DNA from: Candidatus Micrarchaeota archaeon
GTDB taxonomy: Archaea > Micrarchaeota > Micrarchaeia > Anstonellales > Bilamarchaeaceae
Length of the DNA: 34,713 nucleotides
Direction: 5' to 3'
Assembly (NCBI GenBank): GCA_964559795.1
Contig: CAZLIX010000001.1
Location: forward strand, 1 to 34,713
Numbering within the stretch: the stretch's first letter is position 1; every line of letters starts with the position of its first letter. Below, piece by piece: positions 26,082 through 34,638 of this stretch. Both the position numbers and the translations under genes were made by a program. Below the pieces are notes generated by a model. The model was given only the letters and a program-made list of their open reading frames with translations. It had not been told where the DNA came from and made no database searches.

Positions 26082-26597
26082 TTAAATCATTTCTATTTTT
26101 TTTGTTGAATGTATATCCATTGCATTAGGGATATCCATTTTTGCAAAAATAAACCATTCAATTTTCGCATCATCATAATCATAATTGTGCTTTGTTTTTT
26201 TGGCCTCATATGGAATCTCAAATTCGATGGCAAAACTATCGCTTGAAAATTTACCATTAACATTTATCCTCTTTTTTTCAGAATAAACTGTTTCTATTTT
26301 TTCATAATACGTCGTTCTAAGATTTGTCGATCGCGGAATCCCAGTCTCTTTATCAAGCCTGTAATCATATTGATCCATCTCCCGGTGGCTTTTTTCTCTT
26401 TTTGTTTGGACGCAGTTTAATGAAATTTCAAGCGTTCTTGCTCTTATTTCCCCTGCAAGCTTTAATTCTATATCTGCATTTATTATTTCCCCAGGAGAGT
26501 ATTTCTCATAATCAGTGCTTATTTTTATACTGCTTTTGATAATATTTAGGTGTCTCATTATTTTTGATCCTGCAGCATCTATTATTCTTTTTGGCAT
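26082..26597 (-). CDS. Hypothetical protein, Spo0M/arrestin-N-like beta-sandwich candidate
   Basis: YSPGEIINADIELKLAGEIRARTLEISLNCVQ resembles the start of Spo0M/arrestin-fold proteins. Weak. Confidence 0.3.
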   Translation of the reverse strand: MPKRIIDAAGSKIMRHLNIIKSSIKISTDYEKYSPGEIINADIELKLAGEIRARTLEISLNCVQTKREKSHREMDQYDYRLDKETGIPRSTNLRTTYYEKIETVYSEKKRINVNGKFSSDSFAIEFEIPYEAKKTKHNYDYDDAKIEWFIFAKMDIPNAMDIHSTKKIEMI

Positions 26598-26684
26598 AAT
26601 CTATTTTTTATGCATATTTTTTTATAGCTGTTTATATTTTTATAAAAAAGATACTATTTAATTTTTATAATATTATATCTATTT

Positions 26685-27179
26685 ATGACCGGTTCATGTG
26701 AAGTTTGCGGAAACAGAGAGGCCAAATTCGTTATTTTAATACACCAGGCAAAGCTTTCAGCCTGCGGTGTTTGCGCAAGAGAAGGAAAAATCCTGTTTTC
26801 ACTAACCGATAATCCTTCTGAAAACCAGGAACTTCTAAATTATTCAAGGCCACCACGGGATCTAAAAGAAGAGGAAACTCCAATTGAAAACTTTGGAAAA
26901 ATAATGCTATCTGCAAGAAATAAGGAAAATATTCGAATAGAAGATCTTGCAAAAGAAATAAATGAAAAGGCAAGCTATCTTGAACATATTGAAAGGGAAA
27001 GTACAACCCCCCCGATAAAAATACTAAAAAAAATAGAGAAGAGGCTTGGAATAAAACTTGTTGAAAAATCATCAATTTCACTTGTAGATGATCTTAGTCA
27101 TTTAAAGCAGTCACAAAAAAAAGATTTTACATTGGCAGATGCCTTAGAATTTGAAAAAAACAAAAAGAAAAACAGGTAA
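26685..27179 (+). CDS. mbf1: Archaeal multiprotein-bridging-factor-1-type transcription factor (Zn ribbon + XRE HTH)
   Basis: CEVCGN...CGVCAREGK zinc ribbon, then an HTH (IMLSARNKENIRIEDLAKEINEKASYLEHIERE). Confidence 0.85.
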   Translation: MTGSCEVCGNREAKFVILIHQAKLSACGVCAREGKILFSLTDNPSENQELLNYSRPPRDLKEEETPIENFGKIMLSARNKENIRIEDLAKEINEKASYLEHIERESTTPPIKILKKIEKRLGIKLVEKSSISLVDDLSHLKQSQKKDFTLADALEFEKNKKKNR

Positions 27180-27183
27180 TTTA

Positions 27184-28221
27184 ATGGGCGTTGATATAGG
27201 AGATCTTGCATTAAAAAACCCAGTAGATCTTAATTCCTTTTCAGGAAAAACAATAGCAATTGATGCATTTAATTCAATCTATCAATTTTTGGCATCGATA
27301 AGACAGCCGGACGGAACGCCATTACAGGATTTTTCAGGAAATATAACTTCTCATCTTTCAGGTTTGTTTTATAGAACTTCAAAATTTTTAGAATCAGGTA
27401 TAAAGCCCGTTTATGTTTTTGATGGAAAGCCGCCAGAATTTAAAAAAGGAACAATCGAAGAAAGAATTAAAAATAAAAAAGAAGCCGAAGAAAAATGGAA
27501 AAAAGCAGTAGAAGAAGAAAGATATGAGGACGCAAAAAAATATGCGCAGGCAACATCAAGGCTTACCAGCGATATGGTTGATGAATGTAAAATTCTTCTA
27601 GATGGAATGGGTGTACCATACGTACAGGCAAAAAGCGAAGGAGAAGCACAGTCTGCGCTAATGGCAAAAAAAGGGATAGTGCATGCGTCTGCTTCTCAGG
27701 ATTACGATTCCCTTTTGTTTGGTGCCCCAATTCTTTTAAGAAATCTTTCATTGACAGGAAGAAGAAAAGTTCCAGGAAAAGACAAGTATGTTCTTGTAGA
27801 GCCAGAACAAATAATTCTTTCAGAACTTCTTGAGAAAAATAAATTAACAATTGAAAAGCTTATTTGGATAGGAGTATTATGCGGAACAGATTTTAATTTC
27901 GGAGTAAAACGGGTCGGTCCAAAAACAGCACTAAAAATAGTTTTAGAATTTGATGATTTTTCAAAAATAAGAAAACACGTAGAAGAAAAATATTCCCATT
28001 CATTTGAGATAGAGCCTGAAAAAGTAATAGATTTTTTTAAAAACCCGCCATATCTTGAAATAAAAAAAATCTCGTTTGGAAAAATAAATGAAAACGCGAT
28101 AAAACATATTTTATGTGAAAAGCATGATTTTTCAGAAGACAGGGTTGGAAAAACAATAGAAAATTTAACCAAGATTTCAGATGAGGTTTCAGGGCAAAGC
28201 AAGCTCGATTCCTGGTTTTAA
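27184..28221 (+). CDS. fen: Flap endonuclease 1
   Basis: MGVDIGDL, IAIDAFNSIYQFL, VYVFDGKPPEFK, EGEAQ, SQDYDSLLFGAP, H3TH GTDFN, and a C-terminal PIP box QSKLDSWF. The tracked 27151 start is an upstream extension. Confidence 0.95.
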   Translation: MGVDIGDLALKNPVDLNSFSGKTIAIDAFNSIYQFLASIRQPDGTPLQDFSGNITSHLSGLFYRTSKFLESGIKPVYVFDGKPPEFKKGTIEERIKNKKEAEEKWKKAVEEERYEDAKKYAQATSRLTSDMVDECKILLDGMGVPYVQAKSEGEAQSALMAKKGIVHASASQDYDSLLFGAPILLRNLSLTGRRKVPGKDKYVLVEPEQIILSELLEKNKLTIEKLIWIGVLCGTDFNFGVKRVGPKTALKIVLEFDDFSKIRKHVEEKYSHSFEIEPEKVIDFFKNPPYLEIKKISFGKINENAIKHILCEKHDFSEDRVGKTIENLTKISDEVSGQSKLDSWF

Positions 28222-28301
28222 ATAAATTTTATATAAAAGCAAAAATACTAAAAAAATTAAAAACAAATCCTTTATAATGCTTTTTTATAATTTATATCCG
28301 A

Positions 28302-29213
28302 ATGTCAAACTTAAACATTAATCTTGGAAAATTAGAACTTGAAAATCCAACCATACTTGCCTCAGGGATACTTGGCACAACAAAACTAATTCTTATGCGG
28401 GTTGCAGAATCAGGAGCAGGGGCAGTAACCTCAAAATCAATCTCAATTGAAGAAAGGTCAGGGCATAATTCCCCAATAATTGCTGAATTTAATTGCGGGC
28501 TTTTGAATGCAGTAGGATATAAAAATCCAGGATTAGAAAAAGCGCTTTTAGAATTTTCAAATTGGAATTTGAAAAAACCACTAATAATAAGCATTGTTGG
28601 AAAAGATCCAAAAGAATTCGCGTTTCTTGCAAAAAGCGTAAAAAAAATAAAATGTTCAGCACTAGAAGCAGTGCTTTCCTGCCCACATACCCCAGGTTTT
28701 GGTACGCTTGCAGGACAAAATAAGCCTGAAATAACTTATGAAATCACAAAGAGCATAAAAGAAAATACAAATATTCCGTTGATTGTGAAATTATCTCCAA
28801 ATTCTCCAGAGCTTGTTAAAACCGCAACAGAAGCGCAAAGAGCAGGGGCAGATATAATAAATATGGGAAATACATCAGGACCAGGAATGATTATCGATAT
28901 TGAAAGAAAAAAACCAGTTCTTCATTTTGGCTTTGGGGGAATGTCAGGCCCTGCAATCAAGCCGCTTGCAATAAGATGCGTTTATGATATTTATGAATCA
29001 GTTAAAATCCCAATAATTGGAACAGGTGGCATTACAACAGGAAAAGATGCAATTGAAATGTTGATGGCAGGTGCAAGTGCGATAGGTGTAGGCTCAGCAG
29101 TATACTATGAGGGTATTGAAGTATTTTCAAAAATAAATAAAGAAATTTTAGATTGGATGAAAAAACACAATTACAAATCAATCGATGAACTTACAGGTGC
29201 AGCCCATGTTTGA
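28302..29213 (+). CDS. pyrD: Dihydroorotate dehydrogenase (class 1B) catalytic subunit
   Basis: LELENPTILASG, GAGAVTSKS, NAVGY.NPG, LSCPHT, KLSPN, GGMSGPAIKP, IGTGGI. Confidence 0.9.
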   Translation: MSNLNINLGKLELENPTILASGILGTTKLILMRVAESGAGAVTSKSISIEERSGHNSPIIAEFNCGLLNAVGYKNPGLEKALLEFSNWNLKKPLIISIVGKDPKEFAFLAKSVKKIKCSALEAVLSCPHTPGFGTLAGQNKPEITYEITKSIKENTNIPLIVKLSPNSPELVKTATEAQRAGADIINMGNTSGPGMIIDIERKKPVLHFGFGGMSGPAIKPLAIRCVYDIYESVKIPIIGTGGITTGKDAIEMLMAGASAIGVGSAVYYEGIEVFSKINKEILDWMKKHNYKSIDELTGAAHV

Positions 29214-29946
29214 AATGCAGACAATGAAAATAAAAAAAATCATAAAAGAAAATTATCGCATAAATTCAATTGTTTTAGATGGCAAATTAAATGCAAAACC
29301 AGGCCAATTCCTAATGGTCTGGATTCCGGATTTGGATGAAAAGCCCTTTGGCATTGCAAATTCAAATCCGTTGACTCTTTCAGTTGCAAATGTAGGTCCA
29401 TTTAGCTCAAAAATACATTCATTAAAAGAAGGGGATTTTCTTTCATTTAGAGGCCCGATTGGAACCTCATTTAATTTAAAAAATGAGAAAAAAATCATTT
29501 TAGTTGCAGGAGGGTACGGAGTAGTCCCGCTTTATTTTCTTGCAAAATCTGCAAGTGAAAATAAAATAAAGTGCACAGTGATCCTTGGCGCAAAAACAAA
29601 AGAAGATCTAGTTTATGCCAACTATTTTGAAAATCTTAAATGCAAAGTAGCATTATGCACAGATGATGGCTCTTGTGGCGAAAAGGGTTTTGTAACAAAT
29701 TACCTAGATATTCTTTTAAAATCCGAAAAATTTGATAAATTGTTTTCCTGTGGTCCAAACCAAATGATGAAACAGGTTGGGAAAATATGCAATACCTATA
29801 ATCTTCCTTTTGAATTTAGTCTTGAAGCATATATGAAATGCGGAATGGGAATATGCGGAACCTGCGTAATTGGGAATAAATTGGTTTGTAAAGACGGCCC
29901 TGTTTTTAATGAAAAAGAATTGGAAGATTTAGGATTTTTCAAATAA
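29206..29946 (+). CDS. pyrK: Dihydroorotate dehydrogenase electron-transfer subunit (FAD/2Fe-2S)
   Basis: PGQFLMVW, EKPF, LVAGGYGVVPL, and a C-terminal CGMGICGTC...C cluster. ATG 29206 overlaps the pyrD stop. Confidence 0.9.
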   Translation: MFEMQTMKIKKIIKENYRINSIVLDGKLNAKPGQFLMVWIPDLDEKPFGIANSNPLTLSVANVGPFSSKIHSLKEGDFLSFRGPIGTSFNLKNEKKIILVAGGYGVVPLYFLAKSASENKIKCTVILGAKTKEDLVYANYFENLKCKVALCTDDGSCGEKGFVTNYLDILLKSEKFDKLFSCGPNQMMKQVGKICNTYNLPFEFSLEAYMKCGMGICGTCVIGNKLVCKDGPVFNEKELEDLGFFK

Positions 29947-29987
29947 TTAATTGTTTAATCAATTTATATATAAAAAAATAAAAAAAA

Positions 29988-31376
29988 TCAAACATTAAAA
30001 TACATATCAATTTCTGAAGGCGATACGGTATTTTCAAGTTTTGAAATTTCATCTAATTTTAATTCCATGTAATCTGCAAGCATTTCAGATGGGACAACCC
30101 CTTTAAGGAAATTGTCATCGCTTTGGAGCGCTTCAAGCGCTTCAAGAAGGGTTGATGGAAGAGGCCTTATTTTATTTTCTCTTCTCTCTTTTTCATTCAT
30201 CTGGCTTATCCTTTTTGATACAGGCTCCCCGCATTCAGTCTTGTTTTTTATTCCATCTAATCCTGCTGCAATTATTATTGGGTATGCAAGGTATGGATTC
30301 ATTGCGCAATCCCCGCACATAAATTGTATTTCTTTTTCAATATCATTGTTTTGGATAGTATTGGTAATTTTAACAATCGATTCAACATTATTTTTGCTCC
30401 ATCCAGAATAATACTTTTCAGATTTTAGCCTTTTATATGAATTAGATGTCGGATTTGTAAAAGCGCATATCGCAGAGGCATGCTCTAAAATTCCTCCAAT
30501 ATAATACCTTGCATTTTGGCTTATCTGTGCGTATTTATCTGCTGCATCATAGAAAATATTTCTGTCTTTTTTCCATAAGCTTTGGCTTACAACCTGCCCG
30601 TTTCCATTAGAATCAGAAAGGGGAAGAGGCATGAATGTTGCAAGTGAATTTGCAACAATCGAAGCATTTCTTGCAATATATTTTAATGTGGCTATTGCAT
30701 CAGCGGATTCTGAAAGAGAAAGAGAGCCTGTCCCGATTTTTTGTTGGCCTGCCCTTCCTTTCGAATGGCAGTGATATTCAACTGGATAAGAAAAATTTTC
30801 CATCATAGTTTCTGCAATTTGGGCCCTTAATAAAGAATAAGTATCATAAGGCTGATTTAAATAAATCCCTTTTTTATTTCCAGAAAAAGGAGTAGGGTTC
30901 CAGTATCCTTCTCTTGAATCTATACTATAGCTTGATGATTGCGGCAAAACCCCTTTATCTATTGTAACACCGTCAAACATATAAAATTCAATTTCAGATG
31001 ATACTCTTGCGGTTGTAATTCCAGCTGCCTTTAAATTAATATTCATATGCTCTGTAACATATCTTGGATCTTTTAGATATTTTTCCATTGAAAGAGCAAC
31101 GGAAACATCGCTGATCATTCGCGCAGAGTTTGTTTCCCATGGTATTCTTGCAAATGTTTGGGAATCCGGGACAAGAACAATCTCTTTTTCAATGTCATTT
31201 CCAAAAACCTCTTCAAGATTTGGTCCATCTACCCCTTTCCTAAAAGATTGTTCTGTTATTGAAACTCCTGAAACACTAAACCTATATAATTTTCCTAAGA
31301 TATCAGTAAACTGCAAATCCATCCATTTTATATCGTTTGAATTTATAAATTTTATTACATTTTCCTGGCTTGGCAT
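29988..31376 (-). CDS. Glutamine synthetase type I homologue with a degenerate active site (GS-like, probably not a canonical GS)
   Basis: Clear GS-I landmarks: LQFTDILGK, SSEIEFYMFD, ATFMPLP, TNPTSNSYKRL, NPYLAYPIIIAAGLDGIKNK. The catalytic motifs are altered (see findings). ATG 31376 is preferred over the tracked TTG 31409. Confidence 0.8.
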   Translation of the reverse strand: MPSQENVIKFINSNDIKWMDLQFTDILGKLYRFSVSGVSITEQSFRKGVDGPNLEEVFGNDIEKEIVLVPDSQTFARIPWETNSARMISDVSVALSMEKYLKDPRYVTEHMNINLKAAGITTARVSSEIEFYMFDGVTIDKGVLPQSSSYSIDSREGYWNPTPFSGNKKGIYLNQPYDTYSLLRAQIAETMMENFSYPVEYHCHSKGRAGQQKIGTGSLSLSESADAIATLKYIARNASIVANSLATFMPLPLSDSNGNGQVVSQSLWKKDRNIFYDAADKYAQISQNARYYIGGILEHASAICAFTNPTSNSYKRLKSEKYYSGWSKNNVESIVKITNTIQNNDIEKEIQFMCGDCAMNPYLAYPIIIAAGLDGIKNKTECGEPVSKRISQMNEKERRENKIRPLPSTLLEALEALQSDDNFLKGVVPSEMLADYMELKLDEISKLENTVSPSEIDMYFNV

Positions 31377-31490
31377 AAAAACACCCAGTTTATATACAAT
31401 AATTAACAATATATATTTTTGGTTAGCTTTTTGTATACAATTTAAACCATCAAAGATAACTTTTTAAATCGTTATATCGCTTATATTTAT

Positions 31491-33095
31491 ATGCATTTTA
31501 TCAGAGCGGCTAGTCAAAGCGATCTATCTGTAAAAAGAAATTCATTCCTAAATCTTTTGAAAAATAAGGTTCAAGTCTCAAGCCTTACAGAGCAGACAAA
31601 GGAAAAATACTGGACTATTTATGGTGAAGGTTCTATTGGCGCAAAAGCAGAAGAATTGCTTAAATGTGAATGGGCAATTCATATGGCTGGCTTTGAGCCA
31701 GGACCGAGGGCTGTTCTTGCAATGGGTTTTTTTGATGATTTCCTTGGAAGATGCGGACTTTCATTTGATGCGAAAATCGAATCCGCTGATGCATGCAAAA
31801 AAATCAATGAAACTCCATTTAGCGATTCTGAAGAGAAAATCTTCGTTGAAATATTAAAAAATTTTGGAAAAACACCTATTGCAGTGCGCTCTTCAGCCCA
31901 TAAGGACAGTTCCGGAACAGGGGTTTATGAAAGCGTATTCCATCCGCCGGTGGAAGATGAGGAAAAAAACATCCAGTTTTTTATACGCGATATAAAAAGA
32001 GTGCTCAAAAGCCATTTTAGTCCGGGTGCTATTGCATATCGGAATAAACTTGGAATCCAATGCGGAATTGCAGTTTTAATAGAACCTGTATTCGGCAGAT
32101 ATGTTAAGGATTCCTGCGGTGGTTTGCCATTGTTCGGGCCTGACTACGGCGGAATTGCATTCACCTCTTATGGAAAATCAAAAAGGGCAAGGCTGTCTCT
32201 TTCTTCCGGCCTGCCTACAAAAGCAGTGAAAGGGGAATCATTTCTCGTTTTTGAATGCGATGAGAGGAATATGAGTAAAATAATTCGCGATATTCTGGAT
32301 GCATCAACCTCAATAGATGAGATGTACGCTCTTACCTCTATTACCCAAAAAGGAGATCTCATACATCCGTACTACGACATGGACTATTCTCATTATCTGC
32401 TGTCAGAAAACCCAAACGAATGGTATTTTCATAAAACTAATTTAGCCGGTGTTTTTGAAAAAATAAGAATGCTAAAATCTTATCTTGGAAAAGACAAATA
32501 TCTTGAAATTGCATTGATTTACGAAGATAACTCATTTAGGACAAAAGTATTGCAGATTTCGGATTTTTCTTTGCCGCAAAACCATATAGAGGTTGTCAAA
32601 TCAGAAAATACCCTGCTTAGCGCAACAAGGGTTTTTGGCAGGGAAGGACACCAAAAAGGGCGTTATCTTGTCAGTGTCAGAACGGAAGATGACCTTAGGG
32701 CATTAGGCCAATTTAATAATGCATACAAAGACTACTGCGTATTTATCCCAGACAGATTAATTTCGCAAAATCAATGGGTGGGATATGAAAGTATCTCAAA
32801 TTCTTTAGTTGTAGTGGAGTACTCAGCATCTGACTATGGTTTTTGCCATACTGGCAAAGTCGAGTCCCATATTTCAGGATTTTTAAGTGAAATGAAAATA
32901 ACCTATCTTCTGACCTTTGATATCACTCCTTTAAAAATCGGCAATATTTTTTCCAAACCCCAAATTTTTACATACGATGATTGCCATTGCACAGCAAATT
33001 TGCAATATGTAGACCTGCCCTTTGAGGCATATTCAAATCTTTCAGACCAGATGGCAGTATTGAATCTTTTGCCGGATTTGGGCAAAAAAGAGTAG
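31491..33095 (+). CDS. PEP-utilising-enzyme family protein: PPDK_N-type ATP-grasp domain plus ~170-aa C-terminal domain, no TIM-barrel PEP/pyruvate domain
   Basis: YGEGSIGAKAEELL (cf. GGKaanL), PIAVRSSAHKDSSGTGVYESVF (cf. vAVRSSAtaED..fAG), LEIALIYEDNSFRTKVLQISDF (cf. iEwai.dgklyilQsRP). Confidence 0.65.
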   Translation: MHFIRAASQSDLSVKRNSFLNLLKNKVQVSSLTEQTKEKYWTIYGEGSIGAKAEELLKCEWAIHMAGFEPGPRAVLAMGFFDDFLGRCGLSFDAKIESADACKKINETPFSDSEEKIFVEILKNFGKTPIAVRSSAHKDSSGTGVYESVFHPPVEDEEKNIQFFIRDIKRVLKSHFSPGAIAYRNKLGIQCGIAVLIEPVFGRYVKDSCGGLPLFGPDYGGIAFTSYGKSKRARLSLSSGLPTKAVKGESFLVFECDERNMSKIIRDILDASTSIDEMYALTSITQKGDLIHPYYDMDYSHYLLSENPNEWYFHKTNLAGVFEKIRMLKSYLGKDKYLEIALIYEDNSFRTKVLQISDFSLPQNHIEVVKSENTLLSATRVFGREGHQKGRYLVSVRTEDDLRALGQFNNAYKDYCVFIPDRLISQNQWVGYESISNSLVVVEYSASDYGFCHTGKVESHISGFLSEMKITYLLTFDITPLKIGNIFSKPQIFTYDDCHCTANLQYVDLPFEAYSNLSDQMAVLNLLPDLGKKE

Positions 33096-33147
33096 TTTTT
33101 AATTTCCTTCTACTTAAATAAACCTATACGTATTTTTGGTGATATTT

Positions 33148-33891
33148 ATGAAGATAGTTATGAATGAAGCGCCTTTTTTAAAATCAGCAATAGATTCAGT
33201 AGTAAATTTGGTTGAAGAAGGAGTATTTGAAGTAACAGAGAAAGGAATAACCCTAAAAGCAATGGACCCATCGCAAATTTCAATGATTTCATTTTCAATG
33301 GAAAAATCCTCGTTTGAAACCTTCGAAATTTCAGAGCCAAAAAAGCTTGGCCTTGACATTGCCCAATTTTCAAACATCCTTTCAAGAGGAAAAAAAGGGG
33401 AAAAAGTAGAGCTTTCTTTAGATGATGGAAGGCTATCTGTGTGTTTTCTTGGGGAAAATAAAAAAAGGACATTCAAAATAAATCTTTTAGATATCGGTTC
33501 TGGGGTTCAAAAAGAGCCTGCAATACAATTTGAAAATAATGTAACATTAAATGCTGATGCGTTTAAAGAAATCCTAAAAGATGTAAAATTGATAAGTTCG
33601 CATGTAAAATTAATGCTAAATGCAGAAGAATTTGTAGTAGAAGTTAAAGGAGATACAGGGCATTTAAAAGATGAGTTTGCAAAAGGAAGCCAGGAAGTAA
33701 TCGAGCTTAATTGCAAAAATAACACAAAATCAACATTTCCTCTCCAATATTTAGAGGATATGGTAAAGGCAACTTCTGCTTCAACGCCACTTACAATATA
33801 TCTTGAAACAGATAAGCCATTAAAAGTTTTTTACGAGCTTTTTGGCGCAAAAATTACATATTATCTTGCACCAAGGATTGAAAATGAATGA
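33148..33891 (+). CDS. pcn: DNA polymerase sliding clamp (PCNA)
   Basis: MKIVMNEAPFLKSAIDSVVNLVEEGVFEVTEKGITLKAMDPSQISMI, LGLDIAQFSNIL, STFPLQYLEDMVKA, YYLAPRIE. The tracked TTG 33136 is probably an extension. Confidence 0.9.
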   Translation: MKIVMNEAPFLKSAIDSVVNLVEEGVFEVTEKGITLKAMDPSQISMISFSMEKSSFETFEISEPKKLGLDIAQFSNILSRGKKGEKVELSLDDGRLSVCFLGENKKRTFKINLLDIGSGVQKEPAIQFENNVTLNADAFKEILKDVKLISSHVKLMLNAEEFVVEVKGDTGHLKDEFAKGSQEVIELNCKNNTKSTFPLQYLEDMVKATSASTPLTIYLETDKPLKVFYELFGAKITYYLAPRIENE

Positions 33892-34148
33892 CCTCTATTG
33901 AAGAAAGAATAAGAAAAATCGAAGAGCGCAATAGAAAAGTTGAAGCAGATAAATCTTGGGAAATATCTATTACAAGAAGAATGCTTTTAGTTCTATTTAC
34001 TTATCTTGCAATAGGAATTTATCTTTCTGCAATTTCAATTAAAGATCCCTGGCTTAACGCAATAGTTCCTGCATTTGCATTTATGCTTTCAACATTAACA
34101 TTGCCTTTTTTTAAGAGAATGTGGCTCAAATACTTTTATAAAAATTAA
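33888..34148 (+). CDS. Small two-TM membrane protein, function unknown
   Basis: Charged N-terminal helix (IEERIRKIEERNRKVEADKSWE) followed by two hydrophobic helices. The ATG overlaps the PCNA TGA (ATGA). Confidence 0.5.
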   Translation: MTSIEERIRKIEERNRKVEADKSWEISITRRMLLVLFTYLAIGIYLSAISIKDPWLNAIVPAFAFMLSTLTLPFFKRMWLKYFYKN

Positions 34149-34163
34149 CCTCTTTTATTCTAT

Positions 34164-34634
34164 ATGAAAGATCCGATGGCAATTGCAATAAAAAAGGCAG
34201 AATTAGGATTAAAAAAAGGAAATTCTCCTTTTGGTTGCGTAATTATTGATAATAAAACAAAAAAACTAATTTCTACCGGAAACAGCACTGTTCTTGAAAA
34301 AAATGATTCTACAAATCATGCTGAAATAAATGCAATTAGGTCTGCATGCAAAAAACTAAATACTTTTAAGCTTGAAAATTGTATTTTATATTCCACAACA
34401 GAACCCTGCCCCATGTGTTTTTCTGCAATCCATTGGGCAAAAATAAAAACAATTTATTTTGGAACAAATATAAATGATGTAAAAAAATTAGGCTTTTGTG
34501 AACTTGCAATTTCAAATGAAAAAATGAACTCTCTTGGAAAATCAAAAATAAGAATAATCAAAGGATATCGCCGAAAAGAATGCCTGCAACTTCTTAAAAA
34601 ATGGGAAAAAAATAAGAAAAGGAAAACATACTAG
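34164..34634 (+). CDS. CDA-fold nucleoside/nucleobase deaminase (guanine/cytosine-deaminase or TadA-like)
   Basis: Zinc motifs HAEINAI and EPCPMCFSAIHWAKI. Confidence 0.8.
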   Translation: MKDPMAIAIKKAELGLKKGNSPFGCVIIDNKTKKLISTGNSTVLEKNDSTNHAEINAIRSACKKLNTFKLENCILYSTTEPCPMCFSAIHWAKIKTIYFGTNINDVKKLGFCELAISNEKMNSLGKSKIRIIKGYRRKECLQLLKKWEKNKKRKTY

Positions 34635-34638
34635 TTTC

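Noticed and set aside
31393-31441. Duplicated octamer TATACAAT in the GS-like/PPDK_N divergent spacer as a specific operator.
   Set aside because: An 8-mer of this composition is expected by chance in such AT-rich DNA. It is kept only as a note within the gene-pair finding.
29988-33095. Locally elevated G+C in the GS-like/PPDK_N pair as evidence for horizontal acquisition. My counts of individual 60-nt lines reach ~47-52%, versus ~15-30% in many other lines.
   Set aside because: Lines within pdxS (for example 18661-18720 and 19201-19260) are equally G+C-rich (~50%). Some lines inside the PPDK_N gene drop to ~23%. The heterogeneity seems gene- and amino-acid-driven. A sliding-window and codon-usage computation is needed before claiming HGT.
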